A stretch of DNA of 64,000 nucleotides from Octopus vulgaris (GCA_951406725.2 OX597833.1:66898001-66962000); one strand, 5' to 3'; shown: positions 40,945 to 54,419, numbered from the stretch's first letter. Made by a program: numbers and translations. The notes: generated from the letters alone by a model not told the origin.

Positions 40945-41114
40945 CTTTTTTAAAAAGAACAATGTTTTAGAGAAGCAAAAGTCGGCGGGCGCTTTCTGTC
41001 TTCTCCCATCCTTATCATCTTTCTTTCATTATCATTCACCTCATTAATGTCCTCGTCCAGCCCGCAAAGCTAACTTAATCTGTGTACTGCCTTTATGGCA
41101 AATGTTTTGAAATA

Positions 41115-41512
41115 AAGTAGCTTGCTAACCAACCACATGGTTCCGGGTTCAGTCCCACTGCGTGGCATCTCGGGCAAGTGTCTTCTGCTATAGCCCCGGG
41201 CCGACCAATGCCTTGTGAGTGGATTTGGTAGACGGAAACTGAAAGAAGCCTGTCGTATATATATATATATATATATATATGTGTATGCGTGTGTATGTGT
41301 GTGTGTATTTGTCCCCCTAGCATTGCTTGACAACCGACGGTGGTGTGTTTACGTCCCCGTCACCTAGCGGTTCGGCAAAAGAGACCGATAGATTAAGTAC
41401 TGGGCTTACAAAGAATAAGTCCCGGGGTCGATTTGCTCGACTAAAGGTGGTGCTCCCGCATGACCGCAGTCAAATGACTGAAACAAGTAAAAGAGTAAAG
41501 AGTAAAGAGTAT
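41115..41512 (+). mobile_element. 3' remainder of the split SINE A copy
   Basis: B box, CORE-like segment, microsatellite, (aagagta)n tail. Confidence 0.9.
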
Positions 41513-42594
41513 AGTTTTTGAAAAGCTCGGCGTGAATTTTATTTTGGACTTAAGACCATGTTCTTCCGCGAAGCAGTCACAGCAATGTAAAAACTTGGTT
41601 AAACTATCCTCTGTTCCTTACAAAAAAAAAAAATGGCGTCGTCAATGAACCGTAACTAGAGTATAGCTTCATGACCATGTAGGGATTTATTATTTTAGGT
41701 TTGCCTACTATAGGCACAAGCCCTGAAATTTGTGGGGAGCGGGCTAGTCAATGACAGCTTATTTCATTGTTACAGGTAGGTTAGAATGCAAAACCGACAA
41801 GCCGAAATTAAAATGAACACAATATAGAAAATAAACGAAACATGTTTCTAAATCATAAGCACACAAAATTAATTGAAGCTGTCGCTAGTATCGAGCGGGG
41901 TGAAAACAGATGCAAGATAGGAGTTAAGGAATGTATATGATATTCTCTAATCGTAAAGTAATATATATTACATCAGAAATACTTTATCTTTTCAATAAGG
42001 AATTTGTGATGATCTTGTGTTAGATCTGACAATGACTTATTTACGATACAATATGTCGTTTTATCAGATCATGTAATGTGAAAATGTTAACGAAAGCCGC
42101 AGGCGGTAATATTACGTAACAGCATAAATATCTATTTAGGCGACACATACTTCAGTACTACGTTTAGTCTATGGAAACGACAGGTGGGTTGATAGGTATA
42201 GATTCTGAATCAAATGTAGCCATCATTGTAGCATTCATTGGAATTCATACTAACTCACAGCATGGTACGGAATAAAGAAAATATAAAGAGAATGTAATTG
42301 GTATTTTCGTTATGAAGGAATCGGTAAAAACTGCGTGGTAAATTTCTTTATCTCTATTAATCGTGTTGCGAATTTTTAATTAAAAATAGATCTGTATTGA
42401 TATGAAGAAACCATTCAATCAAAGACGGTAGCGGGGGTGGGAACTGAAGAAAGGGGGGTGGCAATGCGAATATTGCTACGGAGACAAGTGTAGTAAGGCA
42501 ATGATTAAGGGACGACAAAAGTAATATGACACACACATACACACACGCAAACACACGAACATACACGAACGCACAGATGTATATGCTATGTGTA

Positions 42595-42658
<64 letters not shown>

Positions 42659-42860
42659 AATATATGCATATATCTAACTTTCTGTATATATATATACACG
42701 CACATATATATATATATATGTATGTATATGTCTCTCTGTCTATCTATCTATCTGTCTGCATATACATATAGATAGATATATGTACACATATATACAGACA
42801 TGCATACATACACGCGCATAAATAATTTTTTGTCCATCAGATATATGAATATATATGTAT

Positions 42861-42918
<58 letters not shown>

Positions 42919-43516
42919 AGAGAGGGAGGGAGAATGAGAGAGTAAGAGAAAGAGGCATGCAGATAGATAGATTGATAGACAGATGGATACCTGAATGTAT
43001 GTCTGTGCCAATGCTTAGATATACATTTCCAGCTTCGTGCTCATTTACCTGCATAATGCCTTCATTGATGACATCCCAGATGCTACGTATCTCTTCTCAT
43101 CTGTGCGTGTATGCTTTTTGCTGTATGTATGTGCTTTTCTGCAAAACATGCGTGCGTGCATCCGTGTATATGTGTGTATATGTGTGTGTGTCTATATGTG
43201 TGTGAGGTCGTACGTGTTAAACAGCTTCGGGGACGTCGGTGGCTTTGTTCCTGACAACAATGGTTAAAAAGAGTTTCTAGTTGGGAAAATCTATTCTCCT
43301 TCGTTCTTATGTATAACCTTTCTTGAAGTTGGAAAATATTTATGTTTATTTTCTTTGATTGGATGATTTTATGACAAAGAAATATAAATAAATATCAATT
43401 AACACGTGAAAAATAAACAATATAAATGAAACTAAAAATAAAATGTAAATAAAAGAAAACGAAAGACAGCTCTTTTTACGGAATCAATTAGACTTACATA
43501 CATGTATGTGTGTGTT

Positions 43517-43558
<42 letters not shown>

Positions 43559-43691
43559 TACCAATATATATATCCATATATATATATACATCCATATATA
43601 TATATATACATATACATATATATATATATATATATACACCTATATACATCCATACAGCGATACAGCCATACAACTATATCTATATCTATCT

Positions 43692-43781
<90 letters not shown>

Positions 43782-44339
43782 GCATACATACAAATAATTG
43801 TTAAAAGATGTTTGCAGGTAGTCTTTTCGTGCAGAGGTACACGGTTAGATTGTTTCAAAATAATTAGTAGTCGTAGTAGTCGTAGTCGTAGTAGTATTAG
43901 TAGCAGCAGTAGTAGTAGTAATTGTTCTTGTAGGTCAACCAGCCCTGATCAATCCGACCTCTGATCAAAGGCATTCTAATCATGATCGTTCCCTTTCCTG
44001 GCGTTCAAATGTTTATTTTTTCATCTCAAATTTCATTCTTTAATGCACGTTCTGCGATATTACATTGGAATAAAGTTTATAAACGAACCTATGTAATGAG
44101 GTATATAATTTGGGTGCTATTTCTAGCAGTTCTTCCAACTACGTAGAGGCTGCCTTATTTACCTCTCGACAGAAAAGTATATCTTGAGAAGAACTTTTGT
44201 TATTTATTTTAACGTAAATACAAATTTTAGTGTGACCCTTAGATTGCTTTCAAGCCCAGTATTGTGTTTGTGTTGCTGAAGATATTGTGTGTTTTGTTAT
44301 TCTAGGTAGCCACTAGTGAGCCCTGATTGAGTAGACGTA

Positions 44340-44660
44340 TAAAGTAGACACCCTTCGCTGATGAATGACAATGGGATTGCTCCTAAACAGTTATCCTGGA
44401 TGGCACAAGTCCGGGTAAGATTGTTTATAGAAGACCAGCAGATGCCCCCTCTTTACCCCAAACGATGTTATCCAAAGGAAAGGCAAACTTCGACACAGCT
44501 GGGCGCCAGAAACGCAAATCATTTCTACAGCTGAGTGAACTGGAGCAATGTGGAATAAAATAAAATGTCTTGCTCAAGAACACAACAGACAGCCCTGACC
44601 GCGAATCAAACTCACAGCCTCATGATTGTCACCCCGACGCTCTAACTATGAAGCCATGGT
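44340..44660 (-). mobile_element. Degraded SINE with a V-domain-like segment
   Basis: 'gtgaactggagcaat..tgtcttgctcaagaacacaac' also at 12015-12095 and 21755-21845. Confidence 0.55.
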
Positions 44661-44749
44661 TATAATCAATGACAATCTAGATACGACCATCCCATATCTT
44701 TGTATTTCTCTTTCGCTCTTTCATTTATATTACTTGTACTGTTTTTAAG

Positions 44750-45131
44750 AAGGTGCAATGGCCCAGTGTTTAGGGCAGCGGACTCGCGGTCATAGGATCT
44801 CGGTTTCGATTCCCAGACCGGGCGTTGTGAGTGTTTATTGAGCGAAAACACCTAAAAGCTCCACGAGGCTCCAGCAAGGGGTGGTGGTGATCCCTGCTGT
44901 ACTCTTTCACCACAACTTTCTCTCACTCTTACTTCCTGTTTCTGTTGTACCTGTATTTCAAAGGGCCGGCCTTGTCACTCTCTGTGTCACGCTGAATATC
45001 CCCGAGAACTGCGTTAAGGGTACACGTGTCTGTGGAGTGCTCAGCCACTTACACGTTAATTTCACGAGCAGGCTGTTCCGTTGATTCGGATCAACCGGAA
45101 CCCTCGTCGTCGTAACCGACGGAGTGCTTCC
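44750..45131 (+). mobile_element. tRNA(Arg)-like-headed SINE, full length with TSD
   Basis: 12-bp TSD ACTGTTTTTAAG at 44738-44749 and 45132-45143; head ggcccagtgtttagggcagcggacTCGcggtc..ggtttcgattccc. Confidence 0.85.
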
Positions 45132-45855
45132 ACTGTTTTTAAGCTTTTTCCTGTCAATGGAAACCAAACGAGTAAAATAGAATGTTGAGGTGATTTCAAG
45201 CACGCGAAAATATCTGTCTTAATTGAATCCTTGAACAGGGCCTTACGGTCAATTACAATGGTGATGTGAAACTGTTGGAGGCGGTGGTCAATCCTTGGCT
45301 GGAGAGTTTTGGTGCCAGAAATCCATATGTTTCACAGCAGGTTGTGATTCTTTGCCATACGTCCGGAAATATTCAGAACTGGTTGCCGAAGAATTTCTAC
45401 GACTTCATCAAGCTCTAGTTCTCGCCTTCTATATATGTATGTATGTGTGTGCATGTGAGTGTGTGTGTTTGTGAGCGCGTGCGTGCGTGTGTACGTGAGT
45501 GTGTGTGTCCAAAGATATATAACGAGTAAATCTAGTTTGAGTATCCATCTCCTATGACGGATTTAAAAATTGTTCTCACGACAGTATCTCCTGTTACACA
45601 CACACACATACACACAAGCACACACGCGCACACAAACACAAACACACAGGCACACACGCACAAACATTCACAGACACATTCTATGTGATTAAAGTGAGAC
45701 ACAGCCGTGAGGTTAAACATTTCAATTTGCAAACACGTTCTCAGTCCCACTGTGAGGCACCTTCTAATAAATCTCCACCCCGGCCAAAGTTAATGAGTGA
45801 ATCTGGTAGAAGGAAACTGTGTTGAAGGCCGTCATATATGTATATATATATATAT

Positions 45856-45963
45856 ACCGGAGTAAACACATAAATGTGAAACAAGGTGGAAAACTGTCTG
45901 ATGAACGGCAACGAGAAACTCAGAGTAACAGATTTTGTTGAATTTTCTGCTGCTTTAAATAAA

Positions 45964-45964
<1 letters not shown>
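45856..45964 (+). ncRNA. ~110-bp element with an intact-core minimal hammerhead (45894-45931)
   Basis: ctgt-CTGATGA-a-cg-gcaa-cg-a-GAAAC-tcaga-GTA-acag; (TA)n on both sides. Confidence 0.65.
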
Positions 45965-45999
<35 letters not shown>

Positions 46000-46004
<5 letters not shown>

Positions 46005-46195
46005 GTTGAAATTTATAGGAAAACAAAAGACGAAGGCAGGTGTATGAACAGCAAACAAGTGTAGCAGTTTGACGCTCGGGATGATGAAACAGGCTTTTAC
46101 GTTTCGAGCCTACGCTCTTCGACAGAAAGGAATTGAAAAAAAAATAAACAGAGAGAATGAAAAGGAAAAACACTTGTAGATTTCAGCAGTCCAGC
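46000..46195 (-). mobile_element. Family H6 hammerhead-like repeat
   Basis: cttt-CTGTCGA-a-GAGC-gtag-GCTC-GAAAC-GTA-aaag on the minus strand at ~46094-46129. Confidence 0.65.
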
Positions 46196-46233
46196 ATATA
46201 TGTACATATATATATATATACACATACATATAC

Positions 46234-46329
<96 letters not shown>

Positions 46330-46509
46330 GTGTCTCCATTCCTCTTAGAATATAATGAAGATTTATTTATTTTTCCTTTTTTTATATTTATTCCTGTCTC
46401 TCTCAATTATTTTCATAGCCCCGACCTCCTCACCGAACCTTTATAGACTTGTAACCAGTCTATCGCTATTGTTCTGATATTCAGCCTTGTTTTATTGTTA
46501 TTATTATTG

Positions 46510-46553
<44 letters not shown>

Positions 46554-46770
46554 GTTATTATTATTTGTTTTAGTTTACACACAGTTTAATGGTATCTATT
46601 TATTTGCATGATGTTTTTCCTATTGTTTTTGGTAGAAGTATTGTTTTTTATAATACTTTGTTTGTTAAGTAGTTGAAATATAAATAATAGAGCCTTCGAC
46701 TCTCACATAGACGAAATTATCTAAATTATCAATAATAATGACTATAACATGTATATAAATATATATATAC

Positions 46771-46805
<35 letters not shown>

Positions 46806-46999
46806 AATATATATATATAATTATATATACATATATATACACACACATATATATGTATATGCACACATGTATGTATACATATATATATATATATATCTAC
46901 TAGATATATATATATGTGTGTATATAGATACATATGCATGTATGTGGGTATAGGTATGTATATATGTGTTTGTGCATATATATGTATATGCAGATACAA

Positions 47000-47030
<31 letters not shown>

Positions 47031-47148
47031 CGTATATTTATGTGTGTGTGTTTGTGTGTGCGCGTATGTACATGTATGTATGTGTGTGTGTTTAGGATAA
47101 TCAGATGAACTTATTGAAACTCATAAATATCAGTACATAGATGTATAC

Positions 47149-47263
<115 letters not shown>

Positions 47264-48515
47264 ATACGTTCATAATACACACACACACACACAGGCACTA
47301 TAGACCACCACCTGTTTTCTCTAAAACTGTGCTTTTGTGTTCTCATAAATATTATGTTGAAGTGTAAATGGTTTACACTATTTAAATATGCATATTTTTA
47401 TTATTCTTTTTGGGAGCAAGGTCCTTCCCCGATGTGTCTGGAGGATATGAAGAATCCATGTTTTTGCACTCCCTTCAAAATTGTTGATCTTGACGTCATC
47501 AATGCTCCGTTTCCCCTTCTTTGTGTCCTAAAACGTAAGGGCCCCAGTACCGGGTTTCCATGGCGTATTTGTTGCCGAGATCACAACCCCCACCCACAAA
47601 CTGAACATGATGTTAGTCTGTTGCAGGGTTTAAGATCAGCAACATATGAGGGGCAGCATAATTTATTTACATCGATCTCATCACTTGATTGGTATTTTAC
47701 TTTCCCAACCTGTAAAGGGGCATGATTTAGTGGTAAAGCATTCGTTTCACGATCGAATGGCAGCAGTGTGTTGTGTCCTTGAGCAAGGCTCTTTATTTCA
47801 TGTTACTCCATTTGAGTCAGCTGGCAAAAATAAGTTGTACTTGTAATTAAAAAGGCCAGACTTGTAACGTTCTGATTCTTCCATTAAAGATACGCGTCTC
47901 CGTATAGTGCACAGCGACTTGCACGCTAATTTAATGAGCAGATTGTTCTGTAGATCGGATTAACCAGAACCCTGTCGGCGTAATTCTCGAAGTGCCAACA
48001 TTATCTAGACTAGGCAGGGATTAAAGTCAAAGTTAACCCCAGCCGGAATTTTTATCCAGAGTTTAAAGTGCCAGATAAAATGCTGCAAATTATTTTGTCC
48101 GACGTCTTTACGATTCTGTCAGTTCACCGCCATTACTATTCCGTTTAGGCTGTTGCAAGTCAACAGCTGTAAGAAATACATGAGGGGGGAAAATATTCCA
48201 TTGGGTTAAGGGTCGGGGTTTGAAGGGATAATCTGAGTATGTGGTGGCGGTTGAACAGAATGACACTCACGAGAATAGAAGAGACGTGATTTAACATTGC
48301 AGATTGTATTAGATCTATTGGGTGACATGCCCGTAGCCTTCTCAATATATTTTATTTTGTCTCCGTGTGGGAATAAGGGCTTGCTTTGTGACCACGCGGT
48401 TTCACGTTCAACACCATTCATCGGCTCCCCGAACAAATGTCTTCAATTATAGACCCAGGACAATCAATGCGTTATAAGTGAATTTTGGCAGTGGGAAACT
48501 GTGTGAAATACCGTC

Positions 48516-48590
<75 letters not shown>

Positions 48591-48972
48591 CGGCTATGTA
48601 CGTGTGTCTTTGCGTTTACATTTTTACACACTGTTTAAGAACCTGTCTTCGTTTGTTTACGTCTTCTCATCCTAGTCGATCGGCAACAGTGACTGCTGGA
48701 ATACGTGCCAGACTCTAAAAGAAAATTAAATGCTAGGAGACGATCTGTTCGATTAACGCATCGTGGCGTTGCCCCAGTATGGGCGCAAGCTTAACGAGTG
48801 AATCATGTACGAGATAAGATTTATCCATTAGAGATGCGACTAAAGCTGGCTTAAAACGTTCTTCTGAAACGAAAGTGAGTGGTTAATCTCAACCGACTGA
48901 ACTGTCTCAAACTTTAAAGCAGCTATTTGCCATATACTGTACCGTATAAATAATAATAATATTAATAATAGC

Positions 48973-49028
<56 letters not shown>

Positions 49029-49253
49029 GGCATGATAAAAAAATATTCAGACAAATACATAACAAAAACACCAGGACTTACAAACACATATAACATACAG
49101 AAAATTGCACTACTAGGCACTGCACACATCCTACGCAGAACACTTTCCATACAATAACCACCAGAACATCACAACAAATCACAGCACATACCTAAGGCAC
49201 ACAGAGTGCGCTCGGTAGTGAAGTGAAAGCACGCTATAAAAATAAAACTACTG
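49029..49253 (+). mobile_element. Dong/R4-like LINE 3' end inserted in (TAA)n
   Basis: GMIKKYSDKYITKTPGLTNTYNIQKIALLGTAHILRRTLSIQ*, then 3' UTR; (AAT)n directly on both sides. Confidence 0.85.
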
Positions 49254-49538
49254 AATAATAATAATAATAATTACAACAACAATACCAATATGAACTTCCA
49301 ACTTGTTGTCTCTTGAGGTTTCTGGGTGAGACTTGGAGCAAAATTGTACAAATTTAAAGTAAATGTAAAACATAGAATAATAAAAAGAAACAGTTCATTT
49401 GATGTTGATGTAAAAGTTATTGGCATGTAGATCGAAGTTGGTACGGGGCGATTGCTGACACTCGGGAAAGTGAGAAAGTATTTTACGTGTCGAGCCCTCG
49501 TTCTTCAACTGATAGAGTTAACAAGAAATATACAGAGG

Positions 49539-49576
<38 letters not shown>

Positions 49577-50416
49577 ACCGACCAGACCATCAGATGTTGT
49601 TACACATCGCTGGTTACAATGCGTTCGCATTGTTTTAGCCTTCGAATGACGCCACTCTGCTGGCTAAGCGAGCAGGGCAATATATATACGACTGGCTTCT
49701 TTCAGTTTCTATGTACCAAATCCACCTACGGGTCTTTGGTCGGCCCGAGGCTGGCTATACTCTTGCTGAAGGTGCCGCGCAGTGACACTGAACCCGGATC
49801 CACGTGGTTGGGAAGCAATCTTCGTACCACGCAGCCACGCCTGCGCCTGTTGTCAACGATAAAGAAATATAGCTTCATACAGTGCTAGACGACTGGAAGA
49901 ATATGTAAAGAAGCCGGATACGAGCAGCTGAGACTCTTAAAAGAGCGACAAAAGAGACAGAAACAAGAGACAGCATGCTAATGGGCCAGAGCCTTGTGTG
50001 TGTCATTTTGTTATTGAATGCCAATCAGTCGAGGTGGCTTTCTCGGGGCATTCTTTTAGCTTATTGACAGCAGTCCGCATCATTTATACATCAGAATAGG
50101 ACCCCTAGACTCAGTGTGCGCTCAGCAGCTGTTTTGCCTTTTGGAGCTGAAACAGTTATTTAATTTATAGCGTAGACTGTTGATAAACATTGACGATGCA
50201 CACATTTAATGCGTTATTGATTATTGCTAAATATATTATTAGCAGGGAATAACAATGGAAACATTATTCAATACAAAAGTCTATGTTCATTGTATGTCTG
50301 TTCCAATCGGCAATTGTTTCAGCATTTGCACATGCGACCTTAAAAGATGCAATCTCTCTCAAAACGAGCAGGACTCAGACATTTTTGTCTATACATATAC
50401 GTATATATACATACAA

Positions 50417-50710
50417 AGCGGCGAGCTAGCAGAAACGTTAGCACGCCGAGCAAAATGCGTAGCCATATTTCGTCTGCCGTTACGTTCAGAGTTCAAATTC
50501 CGCCGAGGTCGACTTTGCCTTTCATCCTTCCGGGGTCGATTAAATAAGTACCAGTTACGCACTGGGGTTTATATAATCGACTAAATCCGTTTGCCTATCC
50601 TTGTTTGTCCCCTCTGTGTTTAGCCCCTTGTGGGTAGTAAAGAAATAAGAAACGTTAGCACGCCGGGCGAAATGCTTAGAAGTATTTCGTCTGCCGCTAC
50701 GTTTTGAGTA
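50417..50710 (+). mobile_element. SINE family M plus a tandem partial head
   Basis: Full body to ~50648, then 'agaaacgttagcacgccggg..' restarts. Confidence 0.8.
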
Positions 50711-51109
50711 CATAGTTACACACATATGCATACGTACTCCCATACACACACATACGCACACGTACATACATCCACACACAACGCACACGCACGCACACAA
50801 AAGCACACACACATACACACATACACACACAAACGCACACAGATATAACGACCATATATTGAATTTATCTTACATTTATCTGTTGCCGTGTAAATAGCGA
50901 CAAACACTTCAGTTTTTTTGACCAATCAATGTTAAATGCGATGCAATAACAAGAGTGTTTGTAATAGATTCTGTACCAGATTTGTTTTTTGTTTTCACTT
51001 AAATATTGGAAAATTTTAATTCATATACACACAATGTGGATTATATCAAGTGTATTTTTTTGTAGAAAACTTTTCGATTTGTTCCCACGTAAAACCTATG
51101 TAGCCATAT

Positions 51110-51162
<53 letters not shown>

Positions 51163-51292
51163 CACACATATACATATATATATATACATACACACATGTA
51201 TACATATATATATACATACGTGTGTGCGTATGCATACACATATATAGATATTTCTATATACGTACTTACATATATATATATATATATATATC

Positions 51293-51353
<61 letters not shown>

Positions 51354-52214
51354 GTCATATATCAAAATATATTGGATTATACATGCACATACAAACAACT
51401 GCAAATATGCACCAATGTGTGTATATAATTTTTTGTTTATTAACGTATGTATGTATGTATGTATCCATCTATCTCTCCATCTATCTATATATTTTTGTAA
51501 TTTTGTCTATCTTTCCCATTATATCCATGGCCAAATCTATCTATCTATCTATTTATCTATCTTTGTATATGTGAGTGTGCGTGTGTATGGATGCATATAT
51601 CATACGTATTTATATGCGCCCATACATACATCCAACGATAAAAAGCCAATATATATGTAAAAATATCTCGAGGTAGAAAAACCATTTAAAAACAAGACAA
51701 GTGAAAGGCAAACCAATAAGAAGTTAAGCAGATACAAGTACCTCCCTCCCCGACTGGAGAAAAAAATTACCCGCAAACAATAACAGAACGCTTAAACAGG
51801 AAGGAGAGAAGAACATTTATAGAAACACTCGATCATTCACTTGTAATAATATTTATTTATTTGCTACCTGCAAAGAATAATTATTATGCATTGTTTGGAG
51901 ATAGCTTTTGGTGAATCCTAAAAACTATTCTAAATTATACATAAATAATACAAAAAAATAGACACGTATAATGGAAATGGTAAAAGAAAAACATCTAAAA
52001 AAACGTTATATCATAGTTTTTTTTTTTTGTGTGTCATTTATTTCCGTAGACACATTTAATACGATAATACATTCATTCATGGTAAATCTTTCTGTGTCTC
52101 TTCGATTCCGCATAGAAACTTAATTTTGAAATGTGCGATAAAACTAAGATGAAAGCACCACAAGTGTACACGTATCGTGCACGATATATTAATGTTCGCT
52201 GATTTCGTTTTTTG

Positions 52215-52250
<36 letters not shown>

Positions 52251-52375
52251 TAAATATTTACATACACACGCAAACACGCACACACATACACACGCAAACA
52301 TACATACATTCATACATGCATACGTAGACACACAAACACTCATAAGTATATATACATATATATATATATACATAT

Positions 52376-52406
<31 letters not shown>

Positions 52407-53654
52407 TATACATATGTATGTATATATGTGTATATATATATATGTTTGTATATATATGTATATATATATATGTATATGTATATGTATGTATATATATATA
52501 TATATGCACATTTAAGTGTGTATATGTATATATATATGCATATCTATGTGTGTATACGTATATATGTGTATACATATATGTATATATATGTATGTATGTA
52601 TATATATATATGTATATATATATTTATATGTGTGTGTGTGTGTGTACTAGTAGGTGTGTGTATATGTTGTGTACGTGTGTTTCTGTATCTATTTACAGAC
52701 AAAACATATTGATGTCTGTATAGATATATGCATACATGCACACATACACTCACACATACACATACATATGTGATGTGATTGTAGGTTGGTAGAGTGTGTG
52801 TGTACTTGTACTCTATATAGTTACAGTATACATGCAAAGATATAGATGAGTATTTCTATAGACATGATTTTTATGTATTCATGCACGTATGTGTGTGAAG
52901 GTGTATATGAGTATATATTAAAAACTTTCGGTTTGCTTAAGGCACTGCGGCGTATACAAATACTAAAAATGGTCTTTTAGGAAACCGAGTTTGGTAAAGA
53001 TTATAAATAAATTTGAAAACGAGATTAAACTTTTATCTTAAAGCATTTTGCAGACCCTCAGGGCTTGGGAATGATCGATTTTGATTTCATTGCAGTTTTG
53101 TATCACTATGCAACTTCGAACTAATAAAGCCAGATAGAACCTCCTGTGATTATGCTTTCATGAAAATGTGTATTTTTACCCGAAATATTAAATGATAAAT
53201 GTTTCAGAATATAAACAACAACAAAGTACATTTGATTTAGGGATTCTAATAATGTTTCCTGAATATCACGAATAAACAGAAACATAAATAAAGGCAAACA
53301 CGCGAAAGGAAGAGAGCTAGGGATGTAGTATCAGATGTTTGACAGTGTAGATGGGCAAACTTTGAGAAAGACTTATGGAATGATTGGAAGATCCACAGAT
53401 AGAACGCTCTAGGTACAGAATAGAACGCACCGATAGAATGCTCTGAATGGTTCTAGGCAAAAATAGAAGGTCGATAAGGTCAGCAGAATGCCGCTTGGTC
53501 ACAGACCTAACCTTGATAACACAGATCAAGTCTCCTCGATGAGCGCTTTGATTTCAATATTTGAAACACTGAGTGATGCAGCGATATAAAACTATGTAAC
53601 ATAAGATAAGAACATGCCTGTAAAGTGATATGACAGTGCGTACCGATACAAAAA

Positions 53655-53970
53655 ACTTCTCAGTAAAGGAATGTGGGCAGTACTTGTAAGCACAATCTTT
53701 TGGATTTTTCTGAGATATGGTTCTTCTGGGATGTTATCTAGATGTTTCTGACATCCCTTTCTTATCATACCTAGAGTACCCACAATAACAGGAACAATTA
53801 TCGCTTTAATATGCCACATCTTTCGTATTTCAATTTCCAGGTCCTATATTTACTTAATTTATCAAATGCCTTTACAAGTTTTTTTTATTAGTGGGAACAC
53901 TTACATCTATTAGTCTACGAGTATTTTCTTCGATCTTTAATGATAATGTCTGGTTGATTAGCCTGGATCG
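53655..53970 (-). mobile_element. R4/Dong-like RLE domain relic
   Basis: IQANQPDIIIKD..LIDVSVP..LEIEIRKMWHIKAIIVPVIVGTLGMI..IQKIVLTSTAHI. Confidence 0.85.
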
Positions 53971-53979
53971 TTCAGTGTA

Positions 53980-54210
53980 TAAGTTAAGCTAATTTTTTGG
54001 CTCAAAAGGCAAAAAGCAAGGCCATGTAGGGGGACATGGAGTTATGTACAGGGAGGGTGTTCATGCAAAGAGTTCAGGCCATTTCTGGTCAAGAGAGACT
54101 TTGAACCGAGCGGTCGTCGGCATCTTCACTATCTCGTCCGGCAGCTTATTCCATGGATCCGCAACGCGGACGGAAAAAGCTCCTCTCCTTCGATTGAGAT
54201 GAAATCGTCG
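53980..54210 (-). mobile_element. CR1-like LINE 3' fragment
   Basis: Near-identical to 6220-6448. Confidence 0.8.
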
Positions 54211-54372
54211 AAAGCTATAGGAGTGGCTATGTGGTAAGTAGCTTGCTTACCAACCACATGTACTGGATTCAGTCCCACTGCGTGGCACCTTGGACAAGTG
54301 TCTTCTACTATAGCCTCGGGCCGACCAGAGCCTTATGAGTGGATTTGATAGACGGTAACTGGAAGATGCCCG

Positions 54373-54419
<47 letters not shown>

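Larger units (their letters stand above)
38871..41114 (+). mobile_element. ORF1-only (HAL1-like) non-autonomous non-LTR retrotransposon of the Tx1/L1 type
   Basis: 17-bp TSD AAGTAGCTTGCTAACCA at 38854-38870 and 41115-41131; ~700-bp 5' UTR, gag-like ORF, ~300-bp 3' UTR ending at AATAAA; no RT/EN sequence. Confidence 0.85.

Noticed and set aside
44750-44825. tRNA-Arg-like sequence
   Set aside because: It is a SINE head continuing into a SINE body with a TSD; no complete acceptor stem.
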